The notes under the pieces are model-generated. The model saw nothing but the letters and a program-made list of their open reading frames with translations, was not told where the DNA came from and made no database searches. A stretch of 64,000 nt of DNA from Setoptus koraiensis (Eukaryota > Animalia > Arthropoda): assembly GCA_048013815.1 (NCBI GenBank), contig CM106586.1:9548001-9612000 (forward strand). The letters are read 5' to 3'. Both the position numbers and the translations under genes were made by a program. Of this stretch, positions 35,704 to 47,759 are shown one piece after another; within the stretch, counting starts at the first letter, position 1, and every line of letters begins with the position of its first letter.

Positions 35704-38700
35704 TTATTTCGAGTTATCATTATTAGGAGTGCTGGTAAAGGAGGTGGTCATCACAGACGAGAGAGTGGCTTCTATTTGGCGCAATCTATCCTCTTTGTAG
35801 TCTAGACGAGCTTGTAAACAAGATATTATCGCTTGTAGTAAAGTGATAGTGAGACGTGGGTCCTTCATTATAAGAAGATGCGAAGATGTGTTAGAAGTGA
35901 GACTGTTTGCTGATGATGCGCTCTTGTTAACTGGGCTGGAATTAACATTGTCGACCATTTGAGGTCCCAGCTTTAGCTCATTGATGGCCTGAGAATCAAA
36001 ATTTCGTTTGCCGTTGCCGCTGGGGTTACCTCCATTCGATGCTTTACTTTTGCTGATTTCAACTGTGGATAAATCATGATCATCTGATTTATTGTTGGCT
36101 GTTCCAATATTTTGTAAACTGACCAATGCATTACAACAAGCTACATCTTGTTTCGCTGTAAACAAATTCATTTGTTGTTGCTGATCATTATAATGTTGTT
36201 GCAAATTATAGCACTGAATTCTTGATTCTAAGCAAGATTTTTGCTGCCTTATGAGGTGAATCTCCTTCTTACATTCGTTCAACATAAATTCCTTTATAGA
36301 CAACTCCTTCACTAAATCCATAACCTGCTTATGAAGATGATCCATATGTCCGAGATAAATCTGTTCGCTAACACAAACGTTATTCTCTATACGTACTATA
36401 CATTGCAACAATTGGCCCGAGATTTTTGTAAGTCGGCTACAATTGGAACATTTGTACATCTTCCTTTGCTGCTGATCACAAGCCAAATCAATAGTCTGTT
36501 GTTGCTGCTCGTTGGATTGTCCATTCGTAATACCGAGCAACGACTCCTTTCGAACACTACTTTCCTCCTGTTCCGTCTGGCAAGCTTTTGAGCTAGTTTG
36601 TTTAGTATTTGTTGGGTTTATGAGACTCGGTGTCAAAAGGGAACCACTTTCGGGATTATTATTACTATGGCCCACAGAGATTGACCTCGACGATGTCTTG
36701 ATTTTACTTTTTGTTTGTCGTGCTCTAGGAACAGGTCTCCTGGGTTGCACATTTTCTAGGCATTGTACATCATTATCACTACTATGACTTGTAGTTGAGT
36801 AGGAACTGCTGTCACTGCCACTAGTATTTCCCGTTGAACCACTCTTGACCAATGCTTTGTTTGATTGAACATCAGGCCCCACTATTGCTGATCCGCTAAT
36901 ATTGGCAGATATACAACATTTGTCAACCAAATACAAATTGTCAGCATGCAATAGTTTGATTTGCTTCCGCAACTGGTCGTTTTGGCCACGAATTAAGTCT
37001 AGCTCAGCTTTCAGAGTTATCATCTGAAACAGATCGCTACTAGACGATTGATAACTGCTAGACGTGGATGTTTTGCCCATGTTATTTAAATAACGCGATT
37101 CGATAATCTGACATAATCTCTCTAAACTTGGGCAATTTATCATTATTGTATTGCATGATGAGTCAGAAGTTTTAATTGACAATAATATCTCTTTCATGGC
37201 CAATTCAAGAAGACTATTCTCTTGTTCAAGCTGATGTAAACGAGCTACATTACTAAACTGACGATTAACTTGCTTGGGCTCGGCAGTCTTTATTGCTATC
37301 TTATCAATTTCAGTAGGAGATTTTTCGCCGCTAATCGCTGAATTGTTATCGATGGCTGTTGACATTGTGCTACACTCTTCGTTTGTAGTCTGAGGCTCAA
37401 TTCGTTGATAATCTCTCAATTTTTGTCGAAGAATTACATTCTCTTCCTCAAGGGTGAGGATTCGTTTTTTCAAGTTGAATATTAGCTTCTTTTGCGTTAT
37501 CGAGGCGTTAGAGGTGGACGGAATAGACGCTTGTCGATTTACTTCAGCCTCCAATGGCTTCGACAATTGTTGTCGACTATCCTGTTTGGATCGCTGCTCT
37601 TCAACAGTGTGCAACTCTTTATCGCAACTGTCATCTTTCTCGATTGTACGATATGAGCGAGGACTGTTCGAAGGTTCCTTTAACGAAGAAGTCCGATTGT
37701 GTACTAGATCATCTGGATTAGAAGACGAATTGATCAACAATGATTCGTATTGACTTTGGACCATGTTGAACTTGATGTCTAACTGATTCAAGTCGGACAC
37801 TAATTCTTGAATTCTAGACTCTTTCAGGCCTAACTCTGATTCCAATTGCTCACAGAGATCCGAGAGCGATTTCGTTTTATTCAAATCGCTCAACAGTGAC
37901 TCTATTCCGTCTTTCAAATTCGTTCCTACTGATTGATCATTGCCTGAATCTTGGATGACTGCTACGATATTGGAAGGCAAAACAATTTCATAAAAATAAA
38001 CTCTACGCTGATATTGAGCTATAGTATTGTCCTTCTCTCCTAGCTCCTCTTCCAGTTGATCTAGCCTTTGACTGAGTTCATCACTTCTACTTGTGACAAC
38101 TCCACTAGTCAGAGGAAATGAATCATTCGCAGAATCTTTTTCCTGAAGTTTTGAGTTTAAATTGGATATAAATTCTGCTTGTTTCTCTATATCTGATGTG
38201 GCCTGTATAAGTTGTGTCTTGAGCAATTCAATTTGCGCATCTTTCTCTCGAAATGAATTGGCAATATCGATTAGTTTCTGTTTACTTTCGGCGTCAATTA
38301 TAGCTTGAAACGATATGCCTTTCTCGACGGAACTATCTGAATCTTTTGTCTTGTCATCCGACATTCCAAATAAATTCAATGCGAATAGATTGTCTGAACG
38401 CAATTTGTCAATTTCGGCATCTTTATCGTTGATGATTTTTTTCATGGAATCCAATTTACTTTCACACAATTCAATCAAATATTTATCTTCTTCCTGCAGC
38501 CTATCAAGAGATTTCTGCTGTATTCTCAGCTCAGTTTCGAGTTGATTGCTACGATTTTTTAATTGCTCATTCTCTTGCTCTAGAGTATCATTAGTAGATT
38601 TGATCTCTTTCATTTCCTCTCCCACCTGATTAATCAAATTGGTTGCTTGTTTCAATTCAGATTTCAATGTTTTGACATGCTCAAGTAGATCAGAGTTGAC

Positions 38701-38982
38701 AGTCTCTAAGTAAGATACATCATCCAAGAGTTGGTGAATTTGTTGGTTCTTTGTGATTAGTTGCTCAACGTGTTCATCGTCGTTGAAACTGAACAGATTT
38801 TTAGGTATTTCAATGTTGGCTCCAACATCTAGCACTTGTTCTTCTTCGTTGACTATTTTCTTCTTATGAGCCAGCTTCTCATCGAGCTCTATGATTTCTC
38901 GTTTTTTCAACTGTATAACATTATCCATATCTTCAATGATCTTTTTGAAATTAGTATTGAACTCCGTGTTGCTGGACTCCAT
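35704..38982 (-). CDS. CEP290: CEP290-like coiled-coil protein, shortened (1092 aa)
   Basis: LEQEN..LE..MKEIL..IK, PSLERL...IES and LKAELD...G.N.QLR resemble the conserved CEP290 mid-region. Extensive heptad coiled coil. Confidence 0.75.
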   Translation of the reverse strand: MESSNTEFNTNFKKIIEDMDNVIQLKKREIIELDEKLAHKKKIVNEEEQVLDVGANIEIPKNLFSFNDDEHVEQLITKNQQIHQLLDDVSYLETVNSDLLEHVKTLKSELKQATNLINQVGEEMKEIKSTNDTLEQENEQLKNRSNQLETELRIQQKSLDRLQEEDKYLIELCESKLDSMKKIINDKDAEIDKLRSDNLFALNLFGMSDDKTKDSDSSVEKGISFQAIIDAESKQKLIDIANSFREKDAQIELLKTQLIQATSDIEKQAEFISNLNSKLQEKDSANDSFPLTSGVVTSRSDELSQRLDQLEEELGEKDNTIAQYQRRVYFYEIVLPSNIVAVIQDSGNDQSVGTNLKDGIESLLSDLNKTKSLSDLCEQLESELGLKESRIQELVSDLNQLDIKFNMVQSQYESLLINSSSNPDDLVHNRTSSLKEPSNSPRSYRTIEKDDSCDKELHTVEEQRSKQDSRQQLSKPLEAEVNRQASIPSTSNASITQKKLIFNLKKRILTLEEENVILRQKLRDYQRIEPQTTNEECSTMSTAIDNNSAISGEKSPTEIDKIAIKTAEPKQVNRQFSNVARLHQLEQENSLLELAMKEILLSIKTSDSSCNTIMINCPSLERLCQIIESRYLNNMGKTSTSSSYQSSSSDLFQMITLKAELDLIRGQNDQLRKQIKLLHADNLYLVDKCCISANISGSAIVGPDVQSNKALVKSGSTGNTSGSDSSSYSTTSHSSDNDVQCLENVQPRRPVPRARQTKSKIKTSSRSISVGHSNNNPESGSLLTPSLINPTNTKQTSSKACQTEQEESSVRKESLLGITNGQSNEQQQQTIDLACDQQQRKMYKCSNCSRLTKISGQLLQCIVRIENNVCVSEQIYLGHMDHLHKQVMDLVKELSIKEFMLNECKKEIHLIRQQKSCLESRIQCYNLQQHYNDQQQQMNLFTAKQDVACCNALVSLQNIGTANNKSDDHDLSTVEISKSKASNGGNPSGNGKRNFDSQAINELKLGPQMVDNVNSSPVNKSASSANSLTSNTSSHLLIMKDPRLTITLLQAIISCLQARLDYKEDRLRQIEATLSSVMTTSFTSTPNNDNSK

Positions 38983-39345
38983 TGCGCTTCAAAGTTGTAA
39001 ACAACGGCCAACTGGCACTGAACAAAATTGATTGATGAGGTCACCTATAGCACATTACGTAAGATTGTAAAAAATAGATGAAAACTCGAAACTTGCGGTA
39101 AAATAAATAAATTTATTTATTGATGATACTCTAAAAGAGAAAAGTCTATTATCAACACTATAGTGTTGCGAATTTGAAAGAGAACAAATTGATTGACATT
39201 CAAGTTGTGCGCTGAATAATTCGCGTTGCCAGGGGCAGCAGCCTAACGATAATTGATGCTGCCCGTGCTCAACCACAGATATTCCTATTTGCTATTCAGC
39301 ATATTATTGGACAATACAAGCTACCATGTGGTGCAATTATCAGCA

Positions 39346-40305
39346 TCATTCTTGCATTGTTTTGACACTGTCGGAATTGGTTGATGAGGCCTGTTTCTTC
39401 CGAACGGCAGAGGGTACGAATTTGGTCACTTTAGGCCTAAATATTATTGGTTTTGACTCGATTATAGCAGCGCCCGGCGGTTTGAGATCAGTCGGTGTGG
39501 GCAACAAGGCAGCTTTTGGCTTCACAGGAGGAACATTGTTCAGTTTAGGTACACTAGTCGATTTATCTGAATTGTAATTCCTGTTATGCTGATTGTTTAA
39601 GTTTGTTGGTGGCCTAGGAAGTATACTGGTGGATTTGCGCGAAAGGCCCATGGCACCAGAGCTAGAGAGTCCCAGATTAGATAGCGTGTTGGGCATACCT
39701 AACAGAGGTGTTATTTGCTGAGATGTGGCGATCAGTGATTGTGCTGACTTGAGACTGGAAACGACATCCTTCAATCTTGGTGGCACGCCGGGCGGACATC
39801 CAGGCCAACCATCTCTGTTGCTGGTGTAAACAAGGTAGTCGGGTAGTGGTGTTCCATCGTCTTCATCTTCGTCGTCTTGCAGGTCACCGTTAGGATCAGG
39901 AGGCAGGGGAATATCTTCAAGTTTGACATCCTGGGCCGCTTTGATGGCCTCATATTGACGAAGCTTCTTACAATGAGAGGCCTCATAATCTGACTCCAAC
40001 TTCTTGAGTTCCTGGTGCTTATCGGGATCCTCTCTGGAGTAGTGTTTCAGCACTCGCTCCCACGTGTCTTTTAGTTTCTTTCTTTTGTCTTTATAGAGGC
40101 TATCGCTGATGGCTGAACCCACCAGGGCATCGTACTCTAGCTGGTCTAATTTTTCCAAATCCGTTATTATTTGTGCGGGATCTTTTTTCTCTATGACAGC
40201 TGATCGGACAAGTTGTCGTTGTTTCTTGTTCTTTTTCAGCTCCTTTTTTCTCGCCTCCTTTCTGGCCTTGTCGGTGGGATTCACCGTTCTCTTACTTTTT
40301 CCCAT
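39346..40305 (-). CDS. WBP11: WW domain-binding protein 11 (splicing factor)
   Basis: NPTDKARKEARKKELKKNKKQRQLVR.AV, IPLP, PGCPPG.PP, C-terminal TKFVPSAVR.K. Confidence 0.92.
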   Translation of the reverse strand: MGKSKRTVNPTDKARKEARKKELKKNKKQRQLVRSAVIEKKDPAQIITDLEKLDQLEYDALVGSAISDSLYKDKRKKLKDTWERVLKHYSREDPDKHQELKKLESDYEASHCKKLRQYEAIKAAQDVKLEDIPLPPDPNGDLQDDEDEDDGTPLPDYLVYTSNRDGWPGCPPGVPPRLKDVVSSLKSAQSLIATSQQITPLLGMPNTLSNLGLSSSGAMGLSRKSTSILPRPPTNLNNQHNRNYNSDKSTSVPKLNNVPPVKPKAALLPTPTDLKPPGAAIIESKPIIFRPKVTKFVPSAVRKKQASSTNSDSVKTMQE

Positions 40306-41771
40306 CTTGAGGATTCTATGGCATCATCTTGCTAATAACAAACCGACACAAAACAAAGAGCACGGTCCTGTAGCTGGCAATCAGTAATTCAATTCCGCTA
40401 TTGAATCGGCGATAATTGTGTTTGCAAACAATACACACGCATGTGTTTCCGATGCAAGCGATGTACGAATGGTTCCCCCGAGCTTGTCCCTTGTTCTGGT
40501 GTAAACGCAAATAATCCTGGTAACAATATTCTAGCGGGGTCCGTCGTCAGGTTTTATTGATGACCTCCGTTGCTGTCGAGTCTCTCAGCATTTCAATGAA
40601 TGTATTTTGTATCAGCATTCCTGAAGACTATCCCATCAATTTTGCTTCTGAAATGCCGCTGTTGCATTGCGTTAAAATGCTGGACTAACGCATCATGCGC
40701 ATTGGTTTTGATTTTGATTTGTACGAGAACAAGTGAACAGCTTGCGCCGCCTACTGGTGAGTGATGCCATTAAGAAGATATAATCCAAAAAAAGAAAAAG
40801 AGGTAATATCACAAGTTGTGTGTGATTCACAACTGATGATGATGCGATGGATCGAAAATGAACGTTATATCACATAAACAACATACACAATTCGTGGCAC
40901 AAATAACACAGTCTCTTGTTGTTGTGCTGCAACTTGCAATGATGAATTACATGTAATACATACTATACAAATATGTATCATTATGTGTTACATGTATAGA
41001 TAATTATTATTATTTATAATTACTAATATAGAAGCATTAGTAATAGTATCAATATTGGCACTAGCATACATATACGCAGGATACAGTATGAACAGGATAC
41101 TCTATTAGACAAATAACTATATCTTCGATGTTACTTCATTGCTTTATTACGTTTCAGATCAATCAGCTATCAACAAAGACAATACACAATTGTAGACTGA
41201 TTTAATTCAACTCTTTTGCGGTGGCGGTGGTGGTTATCTGGGTGATGGTTCCTCATATTTCTGCCAAATGGGATTTATAATTATCGTTATATAATTTATT
41301 ACAGCACGCACTCTAGTTATTACTCATAGCTAATATTATTATTACTCTTTTGCAGACAAAATATATCTATCCCTAAGTAGTATACAGCTATCAAAATCCA
41401 ATTGTCTACTGTAATAGCCTAAATTATTATTTACAAAAAAGTGATTGATTAATCAAGGAGCTGAATAAGCTATAGCTAGGCCATATACTCTATTATCTCT
41501 CATCTATCATCACATTACATACCGACGTAGATAGAATGAAGAGAATATTTGTTTATGACAGTAATGACATAGAAACTCAAATACAGCATCTATCTGTGAA
41601 TATATTATTGTTACTACTACACAGTTAAAATCTGCATAACTTAAAACGAATCTAACCCTCATTCAATAGTACCAAATTATTTCAACAATATATAGTGAAA
41701 CTGTGACATATTAGAAACTTGAAATAGCGTTACAGAGTATTTCTAAAGCCTCCTGATATTACTATTCAGCA

Positions 41772-43346
<1,575 letters not shown>

Positions 43347-43443
43347 TGATCTCAAGTACGACTAGGATCTATAGTAAAGCACATTTTAGTGATATTGCCA
43401 AAATAGATATCTATGTGAATATGATTTGTAATCAAATCGATGT

Positions 43444-43767
43444 TTAGTGGTTTTGTACTTGCTGATTAACATTAACAACTGGTTCTAGGTGTTTCTCTAA
43501 CAGAAGCAGTCGTTCTTTTTGTTTTTTACTTTCCAATTCTTCTTTTACCTTATCCTCCAGTATCTTGGCAGCTCGTTGTCTAAGTTTTTTTGATTTTTCC
43601 CTAATGATCATCATATCTCTCTTCATCCTGGCTAATTTGTCTTTGTAATCTTTGGCCTGGTCAATCATGCAATCGAGACTGTGCTTGGACATGAGATCCT
43701 CTAATTTCTCGTTCTCTTGCTGCAACGACTCACTGATGGAATTTTGATATCTATTTACTTCATCCAT
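43444..43767 (-). CDS. BLOC1S6: Pallidin / BLOC-1 subunit 6 homologue (short)
   Basis: AKDYKDKLARMKRDM..IREKSKKLRQRA.KI...K.KEELE matches the pallidin C-terminal coiled coil. Confidence 0.75.
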   Translation of the reverse strand: MDEVNRYQNSISESLQQENEKLEDLMSKHSLDCMIDQAKDYKDKLARMKRDMMIIREKSKKLRQRAAKILEDKVKEELESKKQKERLLLLEKHLEPVVNVNQQVQNH

Positions 43768-43931
43768 GTTGAGTTAATGATACAGATGTGGAGTTTCCGA
43801 TGAATTTTCTATAGATTGAGAATGTCATGAAGTGATTTGTTGAGTAAGAAAGAAGATTTGCGCTAATAAGGAGCTGTAACAGCACATGGGCTTGTTTTAT
43901 AGTGGACCTACATGAATGTGGTATGAAATGG

Positions 43932-44079
43932 ATGCAATATTGCATCGTGTTTGCATTGTTTACAAAACGAATATGCAATCACCTGACCTACAGTTTACTA
44001 TATAGCGCGCCTAATTCGAACTCAACAAATTAGACCAATTTATTTGGTAACCTGCTGTTGTAGACAATTTAGAAAGAAA
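43932..44079 (+). repeat. Deleted duplicate of the MKK3/6 upstream region: 43932-44048 = 46096-46212 (117 bp, 2 mismatches), then 44054-44079 = 46537-46562
   Basis: Direct alignment; the second piece includes the MKK intron-1 acceptor. Confidence 0.92.
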
Positions 44080-44399
44080 TAACTTTATTCAATTATTGCA
44101 GTTATCACCAGTTCTTGATATATATTTATATTTTTACCCCGGATGAACTAATCGAGCATAAGTTTTCTTCTCTTATATACTAGTTAATATATATTACTTT
44201 TGACTCATTCCTAACGGATCAGCGAACGCCGAGGCCATATTCGGTGGAGCTGTTTGAGATGATAGAGAGTAGAGTGAAAGAATTGATTTCTTTGTCAATA
44301 CTTTCTTGGTTGCGTTACTACCAGCTCCGCCTAGTTGTCCAGTTTTATTAAACTTTGGTTCCAAATTTTTGTAACCAAAGTTTGAATATCATAAATCGT

Positions 44400-45377
44400 T
44401 AAGATCGGCCGATGTAGATGGCGACAGTAAAGGTGACTGCGAGTTATACAAAGTTTGGTCATTACAGAATGCACCAAATAGATCTTCACTCGGACTAACT
44501 GTTGTCGCGATCGCGGTAGCTACCACCGGATTGTTGTTACTTGGCTGGCTTACGGAAGCGTTTTAATTTTAAAATTTTCAAAAAGATCTACTGCTTCGTT
44601 TGCTGGTCTTGTTGCTGCCGCTGAAACACTATTACTGCCAGTGTGAAGATTAAATAAGTCCAACAATGGATTATTGGTGTCAACCTTGTTTCTTTTACTA
44701 TTGTTGGTATTATCGTTATTCGTATAATTGTTGGCCACAACAGTTGCCGCAACAGTGCTGAATCTTATCTGATTTGGTGCAGCAGTGATTTGCCCAAGTT
44801 AAATTCTATCTTTGGATGCTGTTCCTGATGGTGATTGTTGTTGTTCGGTAGGGCGAGGCTGAGATATTTTGCTAGATGGCAACTCTTAGATCAATGAGGC
44901 TCCTACGCTGCCGCTGCTCTTCGTAGTTCGTCTTCCACGTCGAAGGCGGGCTCTGGTGGTCCTAGATCCATCCAGCCCTGGGCAATGTATTTTTTTAATT
45001 CGTATTTAGCTCGTACAAAAGTTTCTAAGCTTGTGTCTGGTTGTGGTCTGCGGAAATCATCGGGTAGATTGGCCTCATAGATTGCCCTGGCCCTGCTATT
45101 GCCCATACTTTATAATGTAAGCGACGTGTTCCGGTCTCCATGAGTCCACATGGACGAATTTCACTTTTGAGATGTGAACGCCCACATTTCTGTGAATGCC
45201 CGCGCTAGAATGAACAAAAATATGCCCGAATTTCCAGAGGCCCAACGGGGTCCTTTGGCGTCACAATCAACACAATATTTGTTGTCTTCATCTTTTAGTA
45301 GTACCTCAATAAGAGATTGTCACTTATCGTTGATGATCTTTTGTCTTTCCTTGTCCGATTTTGATTGAACCGTTTTC
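44400..45377 (-). pseudogene. SMAP: SMAP1/2-type ArfGAP pseudogene
   Basis: LLKDEDNKYCVDCDAKGPRWAS, GIHRNVGVHISKVK, MGNSRARAIYEANLPDDFRRP..D.SLE.FVRAKYE.KKY. In-frame TGA at 45320-45322, frameshifts near 45190 and 45107, and further stops downstream. The 3' boundary is approximate. Confidence 0.88.
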
Positions 45378-45494
45378 CTAAATGTATAACAATTACCTGT
45401 CAATATGTATTGAATGGGGCTATAGTGGATCTGCAACAATAAATACAAGCTATACTGGTTCTACTAGTATAAGAGCGCTTAATTTTAATTATCT

Positions 45495-45958
45495 AGGCAT
45501 CTAGTAGGTTTCATCGTCCTAAATTCATTTAAGTAAAAAGTCTAGACCAACATCCAGCGCCTTCAAAGATACCATTGAACCTTTGGTTGAACTCAGGAAG
45601 CAAAGTGGAAGAGCGCCACAAGTGACCAATTACATTCGATTGAGTCCTCTTTCCTGGACGCCTTCACATATCAAATGAAAATCATGTTGGAGCATTACTA
45701 CAGACACAAAAGGAGTCATCACCGCAGATAATGGGTCTTTCGAACTAGCTTTGTGACGGACGAAACAACATTGTCCGTCCCCATAGAGGATGAATCCACT
45801 CGTGTCTATAGTGATGCTCTGACATGATTTTCATCTGATATGTTCCACTTTGCTTCCTGGTTTTAACCACAGGTTCAACGGTATCTTTGGAGGCGCTGGA
45901 TGTTGGTCTAGACTTTTTACTTAGATGAATTTGGAACGATGAAACCTACTAGATGCCT
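45495..45958. repeat. 464-nt foldback: left arm 45495-45610 plus 45667-45707 pairs with right arm 45802-45958
   Basis: Hand alignment gives 157 bp of arm with 14 substitutions, a 56-nt unpaired insert in the left arm and a 94-nt loop. Confidence 0.92.
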
Positions 45959-46445
45959 CGCGACTCCTCCACTGTGCTAATTTTTCCTAGAAAAAAATAG
46001 CACTGATTTGTTCTGTCACGAGAATAAACGTAGTCAATAATCACCAACCAATTGAGCGCTAATAATTAAAATTAAGCGCTAATAATAACAGTCTTATGCA
46101 ATATTGCATCGTGTTTGCATCGTTTACAAAACGAATATGCAATCACCTGACCTACAGTTTACGATATAGCGCGCCTAATTCGAACTCAACAAATTAGACC
46201 AATTTATTTGGTGTGCACTCATGATGCAACAGATTATGCTAATTAGAGGAAAATATCCATCACCGAGCTGCATAATGCGGTTTTTGATGTCCAGACCAAG
46301 AAACGGGAAGACAAAAAAAACGTCGATATCAATATACAATAGATGTCTAGTCAGATAAATGTTGTTTTGTCCACGTTAGTGAATAATCAAGACAGCACCA
46401 CTTACAATAGTTTGTTTGCATCACGCAAGCGATTTATAGTTCGCC

Positions 46446-47658
46446 ATGTCAGGTAGGTTGACCCCAGATAGTCTTTATGCAATTGAAACGAATCATTATT
46501 CACAATACAGGGCAATATTAATCTCTCCGTTCAACCGCTGTTGTAGACAATTTAGAAAGAAAGAAACGACCTCCCAAGCTCAAACCATTAGAGGTTACAC
46601 AACCGGACCAACAAAATGATAACGAATCTCTCAGGACGATAATTGCTGATGCCAATGACGGAATCAACACGTCAGCGTGTAATCTAGACAGTACGACCAC
46701 ATTGTTTCTAGAAGATGGCAGGCAGATTTTCACTAGGACCGATGATATCGAGGCCATAGAGCAACTGGGCCGTGGACAGTATGGTATAGTGGAGAAGGTT
46801 CGCCACAAACCTAGTGGCGCCACAATGGCAGTCAAACGAGTTGCTGCCGTACCCACAAATGATCAAGAGAAGAGAAGACTATTGATGGATGTGGAGATAC
46901 TACTCAAAGGAAATAATTGCCAAAATATTGTCAAATTCTATGGAGCACTTATATGGGAGGGTGATCTTTGGATCTTCATGGAATTGATGGATTGTTCTTT
47001 GGATAGATTTTATAAATTAGCACAAAATTATAATAGAGCCCATAGTGGTGACAGTAATACCATGACCACAACCTCAAACGAACCAGACGGCCCAAATGTA
47101 CCTGAATACGTGCTGGGGAGAATGGCTGCCGACGTCATAAGCGCCCTAAGCTTCTTATACAGTATTAAAGTCATTCACAGGGATATCAAGCCATCTAATA
47201 TACTCATATCTAGCAAAGGGATTATAAAATTGTGCGATTTTGGAATATCGGGCTACCTGGTCAACTCTATAGCTAAAACATATGAAGCAGGATGTAGACC
47301 CTATATGGCTCCGGAGCGTATAGATCCACCTAGAGATCGTACGGGTTACGACATAAAATCGGACGTTTGGAGCTTAGGCATAACAATGGTAGAGATAGCA
47401 ACAGGCAGGTATCCCTATCAGCAAGCGCGAGATTTTTTCGAACAATTGAAGATGATTTGCGCCAAGGAACCACCAAAACTGCCCGCTGGACAATTCAGTG
47501 TAGAGTTCAATAAATTTATCGATAGTTGCCTTGAGAAAGATTATCAATTGAGGCCTAATTATAGCATGTTAAAAGAGGATCCATTTATAGTTAGCAATAG
47601 GGATCGAGATATAACAGAATATATTAGTAATGTTTTTATGGCTTCAATGCCTGACTAA
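46446..47658 (+). CDS. lic: MAP kinase kinase MKK3/6 (licorne-like); exon 1 46446-46452, intron 46453-46546, exon 2 46547-47658
   Basis: D-site KKRPPKLKPL; GRGQYGIV, AVKR, HRDIKPSN, DFGISGYLVNSIAKTYEAGCRPYMAPERI, DVWSLG. Confidence 0.93.
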
Positions 47659-47759
47659 TGAGGGGAGAGTAAGCTAGATTAAGTTATACATTATTGTTGA
47701 CTAAATTAAACTACACAAATACAATCTCCACATGCATATCATTGATACACATTACTATT

